DNA from: an uncultured Chloroflexia bacterium
GTDB lineage: Bacteria > Chloroflexota > Limnocylindria > Limnocylindrales > CSP1-4
Direction of reading: 5' to 3'
NCBI GenBank assembly: GCA_963794525.1
Contig: CAWCEC010000002.1
Span: 25,364 to 89,363 of the forward strand
DNA length: 64,000 bases
This document shows, piece by piece, positions 9,557 to 19,774 of the stretch. The translations under genes were made by a program, and so were the position numbers. The notes below the pieces were generated by a model that saw nothing but the letters and a program-made list of their open reading frames with translations, ran no database searches and was not told the DNA's origin. The first letter of the stretch is position 1; each line of letters opens with the position of its first letter.

Positions 9557-10695
9557 GTGAAGATCGTCCGGGTGGTTGCGACCGAGGTGGTCGTCCCGGC
9601 GCGCCCCGGTTCCATCAACAGCCCGGGGGACGACCGCGCGCTCCATCGCGAAGCGTGGGCCGGGCACCAGCCGTGGAGCGTCCAGTTCGACGATGTCCCG
9701 AAGCTCATCCTCGAAGCGGAACTCGACAATGGGCTCGTCGCGCTTGGCGAGTGTCACCGCGGCCACGACTGGGCGACCGTTCGCGGCATCGCGATGGGCA
9801 TGATCGGCGTGCCACTTGACCGGCTCGACCGGCAGGATCCGCCGCTCCCCGACGGTCCCGAACGGACCGGCTTCGAGTGCTTGCTGTGGGACAGCGTCGC
9901 GAAGTGTCACGACCTGCCGGTCGTGGAGCTACTTCGGTGGCCGGGCCAGGGACCACGTGCCGGTGGCGGCCTGGTCAGGCCATCGGACCAGCGATGACAT
10001 CGTCGGCGTCGTCGAGTCGTTCGCCGAGATGGGCTACACGCACCTGAAGCTCAAGTGCGATCTCGACGACGACATCGTCGGCGTGTGCGCTCGGATCGCA
10101 TCCGTGGCTCCTGCACATGCGAGTGACGGTCGACCCGAATGAGCGCTGGCTCGATCCGCAGCAGGCCGGACTGCGCCTGGCGCAGCTCGAAGCCCTGGGC
10201 AACGTCCAGTGCGTCGAGGACCCGATCCCGCGCACGATGCTCGAGGAGTATCGCGGCCTTCGGCATCCGGGCGGGATCGCCATCGCCCTCCACATCGCGC
10301 TGCCATTGCGATCCGCCGGCCACCGGATCAGCGACGCGATCGACGCGATCTGTGCCCGGGCGGTCGACGCCTTCAATCTCACGGCAGGGCCCGCGGCGTT
10401 CCGGCGTCTCGCCAACGTGGCGACCGCGGCCGACCTACCGTTCTGGGTCGGCTCGCAGATCGACCTCGGCATCCTCGAGGCGCTCTATCTCCACATGGCC
10501 ATGGCGACCCCCGGAACGCTGTGGCCGAGCGACATCTTCGGACGCCTCATCCGCACGCACGATCTGCTCGAGACGCCCCTGCCGATCGAGCCGCCCGTCG
10601 CACGGGTCCCGGATGGGCCCGGACTTGGTGTCGTCCTCGACCGGGAAGCACTCGATCGCCATGCCACCAGGAAAGAGGAGTTCAAGGCAGCGTGA
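9557..10695 (+). pseudogene. enolase-superfamily enzyme (mandelate racemase/muconate lactonizing family), two frame breaks (~9932, ~10110)
   Basis: Three ORF pieces (9269..9997, 9816..10142, 10117..10695) join colinearly: VKIVRVVATEVVVP..., HLKLKCD, VDPNERW, VEDPIP metal-ligand motifs. GTG start at 9557. Confidence 0.75.
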
Positions 10696-10711
10696 CGATG
10701 GATGACCAGCC

Positions 10712-11479
10712 GTGCTCTGGGCAGATCTGACCTCGGCGGCGCACGCCGCGATCGACCGCGACACGCCCGTCGTCGTGCCGGTCGGCTCGATCGAGCAGCA
10801 CGGGGCCTACCTGCCCGTCAGCACCGACGCGTTCCTGGCGACGCGGTTCGCCACGCTCGTCGAGCGCGCCATCCCAGAGCGCGTGCTCGTTCTGCCGACG
10901 GTCACGGTCGGCATGTCCGAGCACCACATGGACTTCCCCGGCACGCTGACCGTCGAGCACCGCGTGTTGTTCGACTACCTCACCGGCGTCCTCGAATCGG
11001 TCGCGAAGCACGGGTACCGCCGCGTACTGGTCCTCAACGCGCACGGTGGCAACCAGGCGACGGCAACGGCGGTGGTCGAGCGGTTCGGTCGCCGCAACCC
11101 CGACTCGCGCGTCGTCCTCACGAGCTGGTGGGTGGTCGCCGGCCCAGAGCTCCTGGCGATCTCGGAGGCCTCGCCCGGTGGAGTCGGCCACGCCGACGAG
11201 CTCGAGACATCGCTGATGCTCCATGCCGCCCCTGAGCTGGTCGACGCAGCGGCGATCCGCGACCCGGACCCGAACGCGGTACCGGATTGGGCGTCCGGCG
11301 ACATGCTCGGATCGGCCCGGGCCTTCCTGTACCGAACGGCCCGGGACTGGTCGAAGGCTGGTGTCCTCGGGCGTCCGTCGGCGGCGAGCGCCGCGAAGGG
11401 CGCCGCAGCCGAGGCCGCGATCGTCGAGCGACTCGTCGAGATCGTCGAGACCCTTCCCGATCGAGCGGAACGGCCATGA
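10712..11479 (+). CDS. creatininase-family amidohydrolase
   Basis: ORF 10712..11479. VPVGSIEQHGAYLP, NAHGGN and HADELETS motifs are typical of the creatinine amidohydrolase / MftE-like fold. Confidence 0.85.
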   Translation: MLWADLTSAAHAAIDRDTPVVVPVGSIEQHGAYLPVSTDAFLATRFATLVERAIPERVLVLPTVTVGMSEHHMDFPGTLTVEHRVLFDYLTGVLESVAKHGYRRVLVLNAHGGNQATATAVVERFGRRNPDSRVVLTSWWVVAGPELLAISEASPGGVGHADELETSLMLHAAPELVDAAAIRDPDPNAVPDWASGDMLGSARAFLYRTARDWSKAGVLGRPSAASAAKGAAAEAAIVERLVEIVETLPDRAERP

Positions 11480-12207
11480 CGATGGAAGAGCGGGACGGAT
11501 CACCCGATCTCAGAGAGCACCCGATGGGCTCCCGAGCCCGAGCTGCTCGAGGACGTGCGGAAGCGGCTGTTCAGCTCCGTCCTCGGCGACGTCATGGACG
11601 CGCTCGGGCTACAGCGCCAGTTCCTGCCGCCGCGGATCCGCCCGTTGAGCGAGGACATGGTCGTCTTCGGCCGTGCGATGCCCGTGCTGGAGGCCGACAT
11701 CGAGCCCGACGACGCTGACAGCACTGGCGACGGTCGGCTCGACAACCGTTCGGCCTCATGTTCGAGGCGCTCGACAGCCTCCAGCCCGGCGAGGTGTACG
11801 TCGCGACGGGCGCCTCGCCGTCGTACGCGCTGTGGGGCGGCCTGATGAGCAACCGAGCGATCGTCGTCGGGGCGGCGGGTGCCGTCCTCGACGGCTATTC
11901 GCGCGACACACGCGAGATCCGGTCGCTCGGGTTCCCGACCTTCTCGTACGGCGGGTACGGCCAGGACCAGCGGCCGCGCGGCCGCGTCGTCGCCTACCGG
12001 ACGACGGTGACGATCGGCGCGGCCACCATCCATCCCGGAGACTTCGTGTTCGGCGACCTCGACGGCGTCTGTGTCGTCCCGCAGGACGCGGCCGAGGAGG
12101 TCCTCCGCCTGGCGCTCGAAAAGGTCGACACCGAGAGCCTCGTCCGTCGCCACATCGTGGGCGGGAGCAGCAGTGCCGACGCCTTCGAGCGCTTCGGTGC
12201 GATGTGA
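11476..12207 (+). pseudogene. RraA-family protein (RraA / HMG-aldolase-like fold), frame-disrupted
   Basis: ORF 11555..11845 (LFSSVLGDVMDALG) and ORF 11758..12207 (MFEALDSLQPGEVYV...GGLMS...LDGYSRD) are consecutive parts in different frames (break ~11730). ATG 11476 overlaps the creatininase stop (ATGA) but needs a further shift near 11530. Confidence 0.7.
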
Positions 12208-12224
12208 ATCGCGGTTTTGACGTC

Positions 12225-13163
12225 CTACAGGGTGCCGCCACCTGCAGAACGAACGGCGCCGAGGTGACCGAGAGCTTCACGCGGGCGCCCACCGGCCAGC
12301 TCGAGCGCACGAGCCGCGATCGCTTCGTTCTCGGCGCCCATCAGCGTCAGGAGCGCGATCTTGATGCGCCCCCCGCTCCGCTCGAGATGATCGCTGCAGT
12401 CGATCTCGCTGCGACCGGTCGCCTCCATGAGCAACCGGAGCGCGCGCGCACGGAGCTTGTCGTTCGTCTGCGCCATCTCGACCATCAGATTCGAATACGT
12501 CATGCCCAGGCGGACCATGAGGGCGGTCGAGAAGCCGTTGAGGACGAGCTTCTGCGCGGTCGCCGCCTTCATCCTGGTCGATCCCGCGATCGGCTCCGGT
12601 CCGGTGTCGACGTGCAGATAGTGGTCGCAGACCGAGCGGAGTCGGGGATTGTCGTTGCTGCTGACGACGGCGCACAGCGCACCCGTGGCGTGGGCCGCGG
12701 AGAGCGCCCCGATCACGTACGGGGTGGTCCCGCTCGCCGTGAGCCCGATGACGACGTCTCCGCCCCGCACCTCCGCGGCGTCGCGGATACCAGCGTCGTA
12801 GTCGTCCTCGAGCTCCTCACGCGACAGGGAGAGGGCGTCGATGCCGCCGGCGAGATGGGCCACGACGCGCTCCCCGGGGATCGAGAAGGTCGGTGGCAAC
12901 TCGGCGGCATCCAGGGTTGCGATGCGGCCCGAGGTGCCGGCCCCGAAATAGTGGATCGTGCCGCCCGCCCGGAAGCGGTCGACTGCGCCGTCGACGACGC
13001 GGCTCAGCTCGGGCAGGACGGCCCGCACCGCGACAGCGACCAGGCCGTCCTCGTCGTTGAGCATGGTCAGGATGTCGAGCGTGTCCTTGAGATCGATGTC
13101 GAGCGTGCGCGGGTTGCGCTGCTCCGTGGCGAGCTGTTCGGTCATCCCCATGGCGAAAATCAT
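12225..13163 (-). CDS. murQ: N-acetylmuramic acid 6-phosphate etherase
   Basis: ORF 12225..13163. TEQRNPRTLDIDL start region, SIS domain GAGTSGRIA, and GSTRMKAATAQK are typical of MurQ. The start could be 13163, 13151 or 13145. Confidence 0.9.
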   Translation of the reverse strand: MIFAMGMTEQLATEQRNPRTLDIDLKDTLDILTMLNDEDGLVAVAVRAVLPELSRVVDGAVDRFRAGGTIHYFGAGTSGRIATLDAAELPPTFSIPGERVVAHLAGGIDALSLSREELEDDYDAGIRDAAEVRGGDVVIGLTASGTTPYVIGALSAAHATGALCAVVSSNDNPRLRSVCDHYLHVDTGPEPIAGSTRMKAATAQKLVLNGFSTALMVRLGMTYSNLMVEMAQTNDKLRARALRLLMEATGRSEIDCSDHLERSGGRIKIALLTLMGAENEAIAARALELAGGRPREALGHLGAVRSAGGGTL

Positions 13164-13206
13164 CGTAGCCTAAGAAGGGCAGGTTAGAAAATATCTATCT
13201 ACGTCG

Positions 13207-14180
13207 GGATCGATGCCGGCGGGACGAGCATGACGGCGGCCGCGATCGATGCCGACGGCCGACTCATCGCGTTGCATCGAGGCGCGGGCGCGAGCGCCTT
13301 CGCTCCCCCGTCGACGCGAGGCGTCGTTGCCGGAGCTCCTCGATGGGGCGCTCCGCAACGTGCTCGACCGATCCGGGCCGTCGCAGGTCGGCGGCGGTCC
13401 GCGGCATCGCGATCGGTCTCGCCGGCGGGATCGTCCGACCCGACGTGGAGGACACGGTCGCGGACATGGTCGCCGCCCGGGGGGTCCGCCAGCCACCGCT
13501 CGTCGTCAACGACGCCGAGACGATCTTCGCGTCCGGGACATCCGCGTCGGACGGGTACGTGCTCGTGGCCGGGACCGGGGCGATCGCGCTTGCCATCCGG
13601 GACCGCCGGGCGGTCGCCCGAGTCGATGGCCACGGCTGGCTCCTCGGGGATCACGGCTCGGCCGTGTGGATCGGGTTGAACGCCGTTCGGTCCGTGCTCG
13701 AGGCGCTCGACGGTCGTTCCCGGGCCACCAGCCTCGTCGATGCGGTCCCTGCTGCCCTCGGTGACCTGGCGGGCCACGGCATGTGCGGTCGACCCGCGCG
13801 AGATCGTCGTGACCGCGCACGAGCTTCCGCCGGCGGACATCGGTCGGCTGGCCCCGCTCGTCGATGACCATGCGCAGCGCGGCGACGCCGTGGCGCGGGA
13901 CCTCCTCCGATCTGCGGCCAGGGCCCTCGTAGTCACGCTCGGCACGGCAGTCGAGCAGGCGGGCGACCGGCGCGGCCTCCCGATCGTCATCGGCGGCTCG
14001 GTGGCCCACGACAACTCGACGGTTCGCCGCGCCCTCATGCGGTCGTGCCGGCGGCGCTGGCCGCGGGCGCCAGTGCAGGCCGTTCGCGGGGGCGTCGCAG
14101 GCGCGGCGTTATGGGCACGACGGTCGGATGGCCACGATCACGACGACGACCTACTTAGGGCAGGCTCAGGGCAGAGATAG
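13207..14180 (+). pseudogene. BadF/BadG/BcrA/BcrD-type ATPase (GlcNAc/MurNAc kinase-like), at least 3 frame breaks
   Basis: YVGIDAGGTS (13210-), AIGLAGG...VVNDAETIF...VLVAGTGAIA...DGHGWLLGDHGSAVWIG (ORF 13343..13867) and the C-terminal part (ORF 13740..14180) are colinear but in different frames. No canonical start in the first frame. Confidence 0.7.
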
Positions 14181-14192
14181 AAACATCCGCTC

Positions 14193-14222
14193 TTGACGTT
14201 CGCACACGGCAGTAAATATCAT
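14193..14222 (+). promoter_or_regulatory. candidate sigma-70-type promoter of the second sugar-transport operon
   Basis: TTGACG (14193-14198), 18 nt, then TATCAT (14217-14222), in an unusually AT-rich patch 63 nt upstream of ATG 14285. Confidence 0.3.
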
Positions 14223-14231
14223 CGAAACTAG

Positions 14232-14267
14232 GCCGCTGAGAGATCGGGATCGGTCGATCTCAGCGGC
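14232..14267 (+). promoter_or_regulatory. strong hairpin / inverted repeat just upstream of the RBS of the binding-protein gene
   Basis: GCCGCTGAG(A)GATCG ... CGATCTCAGCGGC: 14 bp with one bulge and an 8-nt loop. It ends 4 nt before GGAGGG and 17 nt before the ATG. Confidence 0.45.
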
Positions 14268-14284
14268 AGACGGAGGGCTCCTCG

Positions 14285-15657
14285 ATGAGTCATCAGAGAC
14301 TGACAACCGCTGTCGCGCTGACCATCGCGGGGCTGATCGCTGCCTCGTGTGGCACTCCCCAGACGTCCCCGGCCCCGTCGTCGCCGTCCGGCAGCGCTGC
14401 GGCGAGCGCTGCTCCCTCGCCCTCCGCGGCACAGACCGTCGACGACATCGGCGATATCACGATCGAGATGTGGCAGCACACCTACCCGCCGCTGCAGGCA
14501 TGGACCGAGGCACGGCTCGCCGAGTTCAAGGCCGACCACCCGAACGTCACCGTGGAGCTCCAGGCCATCCCGTTCCAGCAGTACCTGGACGTGCTCTTCA
14601 CCGCACTCGCGTCGGGCGAGGCGCCGGCATTCTTCGAGACGAACGAATGGACGATGACGCAGTTCGTCGAGGCGAAGATCCTCGCCCAGCTCGACGCAAG
14701 CGCACTCGGCTTCGATTCGCTCGATGCGATGGGCGCGGAATACGAGAGCGGTTCGCTCGCCGGCGCGACCTTCGATGGGGCCCTGTACGGCAGTCCATAC
14801 GACTGGAGCGCGCCGGTGCTCGGCGTGAACAACAAGCTCCTCGCGGACGGCCGGCGTCGACAAGGCGTCCCTGACGACCTGGGAAGCGACCCTGGACACG
14901 ATGGCGGCGATCTCCAAGACCGACGCCAACGGCAACCTCGTGACGAGCGGCTTGTCGTTCGTCCACGGGATCGACAACTACTACAAGCACCAGGGCAACT
15001 CGCTGTTCGCCCAGGCCGGCGCCCGGATCATCAACGAGGACGGCGCCGCCGCCGCGATCAACAGCCCTGAGGCTCGCCGCGTGTTCCAGTTCTGGCACGA
15101 CGCGATCCACGAGAAGCGCGTCACGCAGCCAGGCTTCACATCGACCTTCTACACGAACGAGTTCGGCGAGGGCCGAGTCGCCTCCGGCTTCATGCTGACG
15201 TGGGCGAACTCGATCCTCGCCCCCTTCGAGTGGCAGTTCGGGCAGGAGTACGACATCCTCGACCTGCCGACGTTCGATGGCGGCACCGACCGACTCGCCT
15301 CGTACGCCTGGTATTGGACACAGAACGCCCAGGCTTCGCCCGAGGAGTCGATCGCCGTCCACGCGCTCATCGCGCACCTCTCGCGAGAACAGCGCGAGCA
15401 TGCTCACCGAGGCCGGCCTCGTCCTGCCCAGGAAGGACTGGTTCGAGTCGCAGCCGGCCGACGTCCAGGCGTCATACGCGACGATCCGAGACGCACTCCT
15501 CCGTGCCGACCCGCTGCCGAAGCATCCGCGCTACAACGAGCTGTGGGAGCCGGTCATCAGCGTGTTCGAGGCCGTCGAGTCGAATCCCGAGGCCGACATC
15601 GACGCGCTGCTGACCGCGGCCGAGCTCCAGATCAATGGGGTCATCAATCGTCCGTAG
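14285..15657 (+). pseudogene. CUT1 sugar ABC transporter substrate-binding lipoprotein (paralog of 8098-9442), two frame breaks
   Basis: ORFs 14285..15070, 14901..15728 and 15277..15657 are colinear. Lipobox IAASCG. Removing one G at 14849-14850 restores LLADAGVDKASLTTWEATL. Second break ~15388. Confidence 0.82.
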
Positions 15658-15714
15658 CGGAGCGGGCGTGGGCCGGCGCGGCCGGCCCACAACGTCTGGA
15701 ACGAGACCAGCCGA

Positions 15715-16594
15715 GTGAACTGGCGTAGGCGGACCGTCGGCCTCTGGTTCGTTGCCCCCGCCGTCGTCGTCATCACCATCACGACGGTCTACCCGCTGGT
15801 CCGCACGATCTATCTCAGCTTCACCGGCGGCTCGTTCCTCAGCGGCACGACGTTCGTCGGGCTCGCCAACTTCGCCGAGGCGTTCGGCAGCCCGGTCGTC
15901 CACCAGTCGCTGGCTGCGACGCTCGTGTATGTCCTCGGGACGACGGCCGTCACGGTCCCGGCCGCGTTCCTGGTGGCCGTCGCGCTCGAGCGCGTCGGGC
16001 GCCGCCTGAGCCGTGCGGCGACATGGATCAAGGCGGCGATCTTCCTGCCCGTCATCCTGTCGACGGTCATCGCGGCGATCGTCTGGATCTCGGTCTACCA
16101 CCCGTTCGGCGGCGTCTTCCAGCTGCTGCCCCTGCCGTTCGGGCTGGCCGATGTCAACTGGTACCAGGACGAGCGTCTCGTGATCCCCGGGCTGATCATC
16201 TTCACGGTCTGGAAGCGGCTCGGGCTGTTCGTCGTGATGTTCCTGGCGGGCCTCGCCGAGCTCCCCCGGGAGACGCTTGGAGGCGGCAGTGGTGGACGGC
16301 GCCAGTCCGTGGCAGCGGATCCGCTACGTCGTCGTCCCGTTGCTCCGACCGGTATTCCTGGCGGCCATCGTCGTGAGCACCGTCTTCGCCTTCCAGTCGT
16401 TCGCGATCGCCTACACCTCGACCGGCGGCGGTCCCAACGGTGCGTCGCGGATCCTCCCGATCCTCATCTACGAGGAGGGGTTCCGGAACTTCCGCCAGGG
16501 CTACGGCTCGACCCTCGCACTGGTCACCCTCGTCGTGATGGGCCTGGTCAGCCTGCTCCAGGTCCGCGCGTTGCGCGACAGGACCGACGGATGA
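15715..16594 (+). pseudogene. CUT1 permease (MalF-like, paralog of 7082-8005), frame break in C5 run 16263-16267
   Basis: ORF 15715.. continues in ORF 16277..16594. Removing one C from CCCCC gives LAELPGRRLEAAVVDGASPWQRIRYVVVPLL, length-colinear with the paralog's EAA loop. Confidence 0.82.
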
Positions 16595-17440
16595 GGGCGA
16601 GGTCGTTCGGTCGCGAGCGCGGCACGACGCTCCTCCTGTTCGCGCTCGTCCTGCTGACCGCGCTGATGATGCTTCCGCTGCTCTGGTGGGTGTCGCTCGC
16701 GTTCCAGGACACGGCCGGCCTGCGCGCGCCCGGGTCCCTCGCGGAGACCTGGATCCCGGACGGGATCTACCTGTTCGACAACCTGGAGCGGGCGATGGAG
16801 CTCACGTCGCTCGATCGGCTCGTCACGAACTCGCTCGTCGTGACCATCTCGATCACCGTCCTCGAGGTGACGCATCGCCACGCTCGCGGGGTACGCGCTG
16901 GCGCACATCGACTTCCCGGGCAGGCGGCTGGTCTTCCTGGCGACCGTCGTCCTGCTGTCGGTGCCCCAGCTCGTCCTGGTGATCCCCCTGTTCCAGCTGA
17001 TCGCCGCGCTCGACTGGGTCAACACGTATCAGGCGCTGATCCTGCCGTACATCGTCACGCCGTTCGGGGTGTTCATGATGCGTCAGCTCCTGCAGCACAT
17101 CCCGCGGTCGCTGCTGGAGGCGGCCCGGATCGACGGGGCCAGCGAGCTGCAGATCTTCCTGCGCATCGTCGTCCCGCTCAGCCGGAACGCGATGCTCACG
17201 CTCGGGATCTTCACGTTCTTCCTGCAGTTCGACAACCTGCTCTGGCCGCTGATCGCCGCGACGGACGAGGAGATGCACACGCTCCCGGTCGGCTTCCAGG
17301 CGATGAACACGAACATCGCGACGCCGTATAACGCGCTGTTCGCCGTCACACTGGTGGTCTCGATCCCGTTCGTGATCGTCTACCTGTTCGCACAGCGACG
17401 CATCATGGAGAGCTTCGCGACGTCCGGACTGAGGGAGTAG
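16591..17440 (+). pseudogene. CUT1 permease (MalG-like, paralog of 6245-7085), frame break ~16870
   Basis: MRARSFGRERGTTLLLFALVLL... (in the frame of ORF 15715..17331) continues in ORF 16961..17440 (LLEAARIDGASELQIFLRIVVPL). ATGA overlap with the upstream gene. Confidence 0.82.
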
Positions 17441-17443
17441 CCG

Positions 17444-18391
17444 ATGACCGCTCCGCGGGGCAGAAACCCCGGTATCGGATCGACGGACGGGAGTGAGGCG
17501 TTGCCGGCCAGGTCGGCGGCCCTGCCGACGGCGTTCCTCAGCGCCGAGCTGAACCTGCTGCCACCCGCCGAGCGACGCGTTGCCGAGCACATCCTGGATG
17601 ACCCGGCCGCGGCGTCCCTCATCACGATATCGACGATGTCGGATGCGACGGGCGCCTCCCCGGCCACGATCGTCCGACTCGCCCGGCGCGTCGGCTTCGA
17701 CGGCTACCGCGACTTCCGGATCGCCCTCGCGACCGAGGTCGGCCGCGCACAGGGTCGCGAGGCACCACTCACCGGAGTCGACATCAGTCCGACCGACGAT
17801 CTCGAAGCCCTCATCGCGAAGGTCGCGGCGGCGGACGTCGCCGCGATCCGCAACACGATCGACGGGCTCGACATGGCCAGTTTCTCGGCCGCCGTCCGAG
17901 CTCTCAGCGGTGCGCGGCGCAGCGTGATCATCGGCGTGGGCGCGGCCGGGCTCGTCGCGCGGGATCTCCGGGACAAGCTGTATCGCCTGAGAAAGGATGT
18001 GGTCGTCGCCACGGACCGGCATGCCGCGTTGACCGGCGCCGCGATGCTGACCGCGCAGGACGTCGCCCTCGGGATCTCGCACAGCGGCGAGACCGATGAC
18101 GTCGTGGGGCCGATCGCGCAGGCGGCCGAGGTTGGCGCCACTACCATCGCGCTGACGAACTACCGGGACTCGACGCTCGCCAGACAGGCCCAGATCGTCA
18201 TCACCACCGCGGTCCCCGACTCGTCGATACGCTCGCGCGGCATGGCCAGCCGGACGGCGATGATGACGCTGATCGACTGTCTGTTCATCGCGGTCGTCCA
18301 GACCAACTACGACGCGTCGCTGCACTCGCTCGAGCTGACCAATCGCGCCATCGAGCGGGCCGGCCCGTCGCGCCGGCCCCGGACCTCCTGA
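17444..18391 (+). CDS. MurR/RpiR-family transcriptional regulator (HTH_6 + SIS)
   Basis: ORF 17444..18391. RVAEHILDDP...ISTMSDATGASPATIVRLARRVGFDGYRDFR HTH, then a SIS domain (IIGVGAAG...SHSGET). Confidence 0.88.
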   Translation: MTAPRGRNPGIGSTDGSEALPARSAALPTAFLSAELNLLPPAERRVAEHILDDPAAASLITISTMSDATGASPATIVRLARRVGFDGYRDFRIALATEVGRAQGREAPLTGVDISPTDDLEALIAKVAAADVAAIRNTIDGLDMASFSAAVRALSGARRSVIIGVGAAGLVARDLRDKLYRLRKDVVVATDRHAALTGAAMLTAQDVALGISHSGETDDVVGPIAQAAEVGATTIALTNYRDSTLARQAQIVITTAVPDSSIRSRGMASRTAMMTLIDCLFIAVVQTNYDASLHSLELTNRAIERAGPSRRPRTS

Positions 18392-18542
18392 AGGGTCGGG
18401 CGACCAGCGTTTTCACACTAGGTTCGTCGCTCACGTGGTACGGTAGGCGCTCGCCACCTCTTGTGGCGGAGCTCCGCGTGGTCGCCTTCTCTCGAACGGA
18501 CCGTGCGCCGGCAAGCCAGTTCGAGAATATTGGGAGGTCACT

Positions 18543-18746
18543 GTGGCCACCGGTACCATCAAGCGCGTCGTCGCCGATCGTGGATTCGGCTTCATCGCCA
18601 CCGAGGGTGAGAAGGAATACTTCTTCCATCGGAACAGCCTCGAGGCATCGCTCGACTTCGACCGCCTCGCTGGCGGCGAGCGCGTCGAGTTCGACGTCGA
18701 GGAAAGCCCCAAGGGTCCGCGCGCCAATAAGGTGCGCGCCGCCTAG
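18543..18746 (+). CDS. cold-shock protein (CspA family)
   Basis: 67 aa. GTIKRVVADRGFGFI (RNP1-like) and YFFH (RNP2-like). GGGAGG RBS. GTG start. About 150-nt upstream untranslated gap, as is common for csp genes. Confidence 0.92.
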   Translation: MATGTIKRVVADRGFGFIATEGEKEYFFHRNSLEASLDFDRLAGGERVEFDVEESPKGPRANKVRAA

Positions 18747-18754
18747 GACGGCTC

Positions 18755-18785
18755 ACGCGGGCCGATCAACGGCCCGCGTTACTTC
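18755..18785 (+). terminator. intrinsic terminator-like hairpin after csp
   Basis: CGCGGGCC-gatcaac-GGCCCGCG perfect 8-bp GC stem followed by TTACTT. A second palindrome (GACCCGGG...CCCGGGTC) follows. Confidence 0.55.
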
Positions 18786-18850
18786 GAAACCTTCGACCCG
18801 GGTCGTCTGACGGCCCGGGTCGATCGATTCCACGCGTCTAGGATGCTGCG

Positions 18851-19774
18851 ATGACGGTCTCCGTCCGGCGGGTCGCGAACCGCGATGAGGAAGAGCTCTC
18901 ACTCGCGCTCTACAACGAGGTCTGGCCCCGCCACGCGGTCTCGATGGACCAGGTCGACTCGTTCAAGGCGTCGGTCCTCGCATACCTGGATCTGGGGGTC
19001 GACATCGACGGCGACCCCGCAGGCTCGGCATTCATCGCCGTGCAGCCCCATCGACCAGACGTTTGTTCTGCCATGGTCACGGTCCTCGCCGCATGTCGAG
19101 GTCAAGGGGCGGGGACTGGCCTCTACGACGAGATCTCGCGATGGTGCCGTGAGCAGGGCATCGACACGATCGAGGCCGAGGCTGAGGAAGACGACGTCGA
19201 TAGCCTGGCCTACGCGGAGCGGCGCGGCTTCATCGAGATCGGTCGGAACGGCGGCATGGAACTCGAGCTGGCCGCGATCGAGGTGCCCGCGCTCGATCCC
19301 CCGCCGGGCATCGAGATCGTCACCTGGTCGGAGCATCCGGATGTCGCGCGGGGCATCTACGAGGTCGCGGTCGAGGCCTATGCCGACGTCCCGGGCAACG
19401 AGGGTGACGCCATGGAACCCTATGAGGACTGGCTGGCCCACGACATGCGCGGTTCAGGAGATCTTCCGGAGGCCACGTTCGTGGCGATCGCGGGGGACGA
19501 GGTCGTCGGCTACGCCAAGTTCTCGTTGACCTCCGCACAACCGACCGTTGCGTTCCACGACATGACCGGCGTGCGGCGTGCATGGCGAGGTCGCGGCATC
19601 GCCGGTGCCCTGAAGCGCTCGCAGATCGGCTGGGCAAAGGCCCGCGGTTACGAGCGCCTTCGGACGGGCAACGAGATCCGTAACGAGCCGATCCGACGGC
19701 TCAATCGGCGGCTCGGGTACCGAGCGACGCCTGGCCGTGTCCTGCTACGGGGCCCACTCGCCGCCGCATCGTGA
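18851..19774 (+). CDS. GNAT-family N-acetyltransferase (two tandem GNAT-like halves)
   Basis: ORF 18851..19774. Acetyl-CoA loops CRGQGAGTGL and WRGRGIAGAL in the two halves. Confidence 0.8.
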   Translation: MTVSVRRVANRDEEELSLALYNEVWPRHAVSMDQVDSFKASVLAYLDLGVDIDGDPAGSAFIAVQPHRPDVCSAMVTVLAACRGQGAGTGLYDEISRWCREQGIDTIEAEAEEDDVDSLAYAERRGFIEIGRNGGMELELAAIEVPALDPPPGIEIVTWSEHPDVARGIYEVAVEAYADVPGNEGDAMEPYEDWLAHDMRGSGDLPEATFVAIAGDEVVGYAKFSLTSAQPTVAFHDMTGVRRAWRGRGIAGALKRSQIGWAKARGYERLRTGNEIRNEPIRRLNRRLGYRATPGRVLLRGPLAAAS

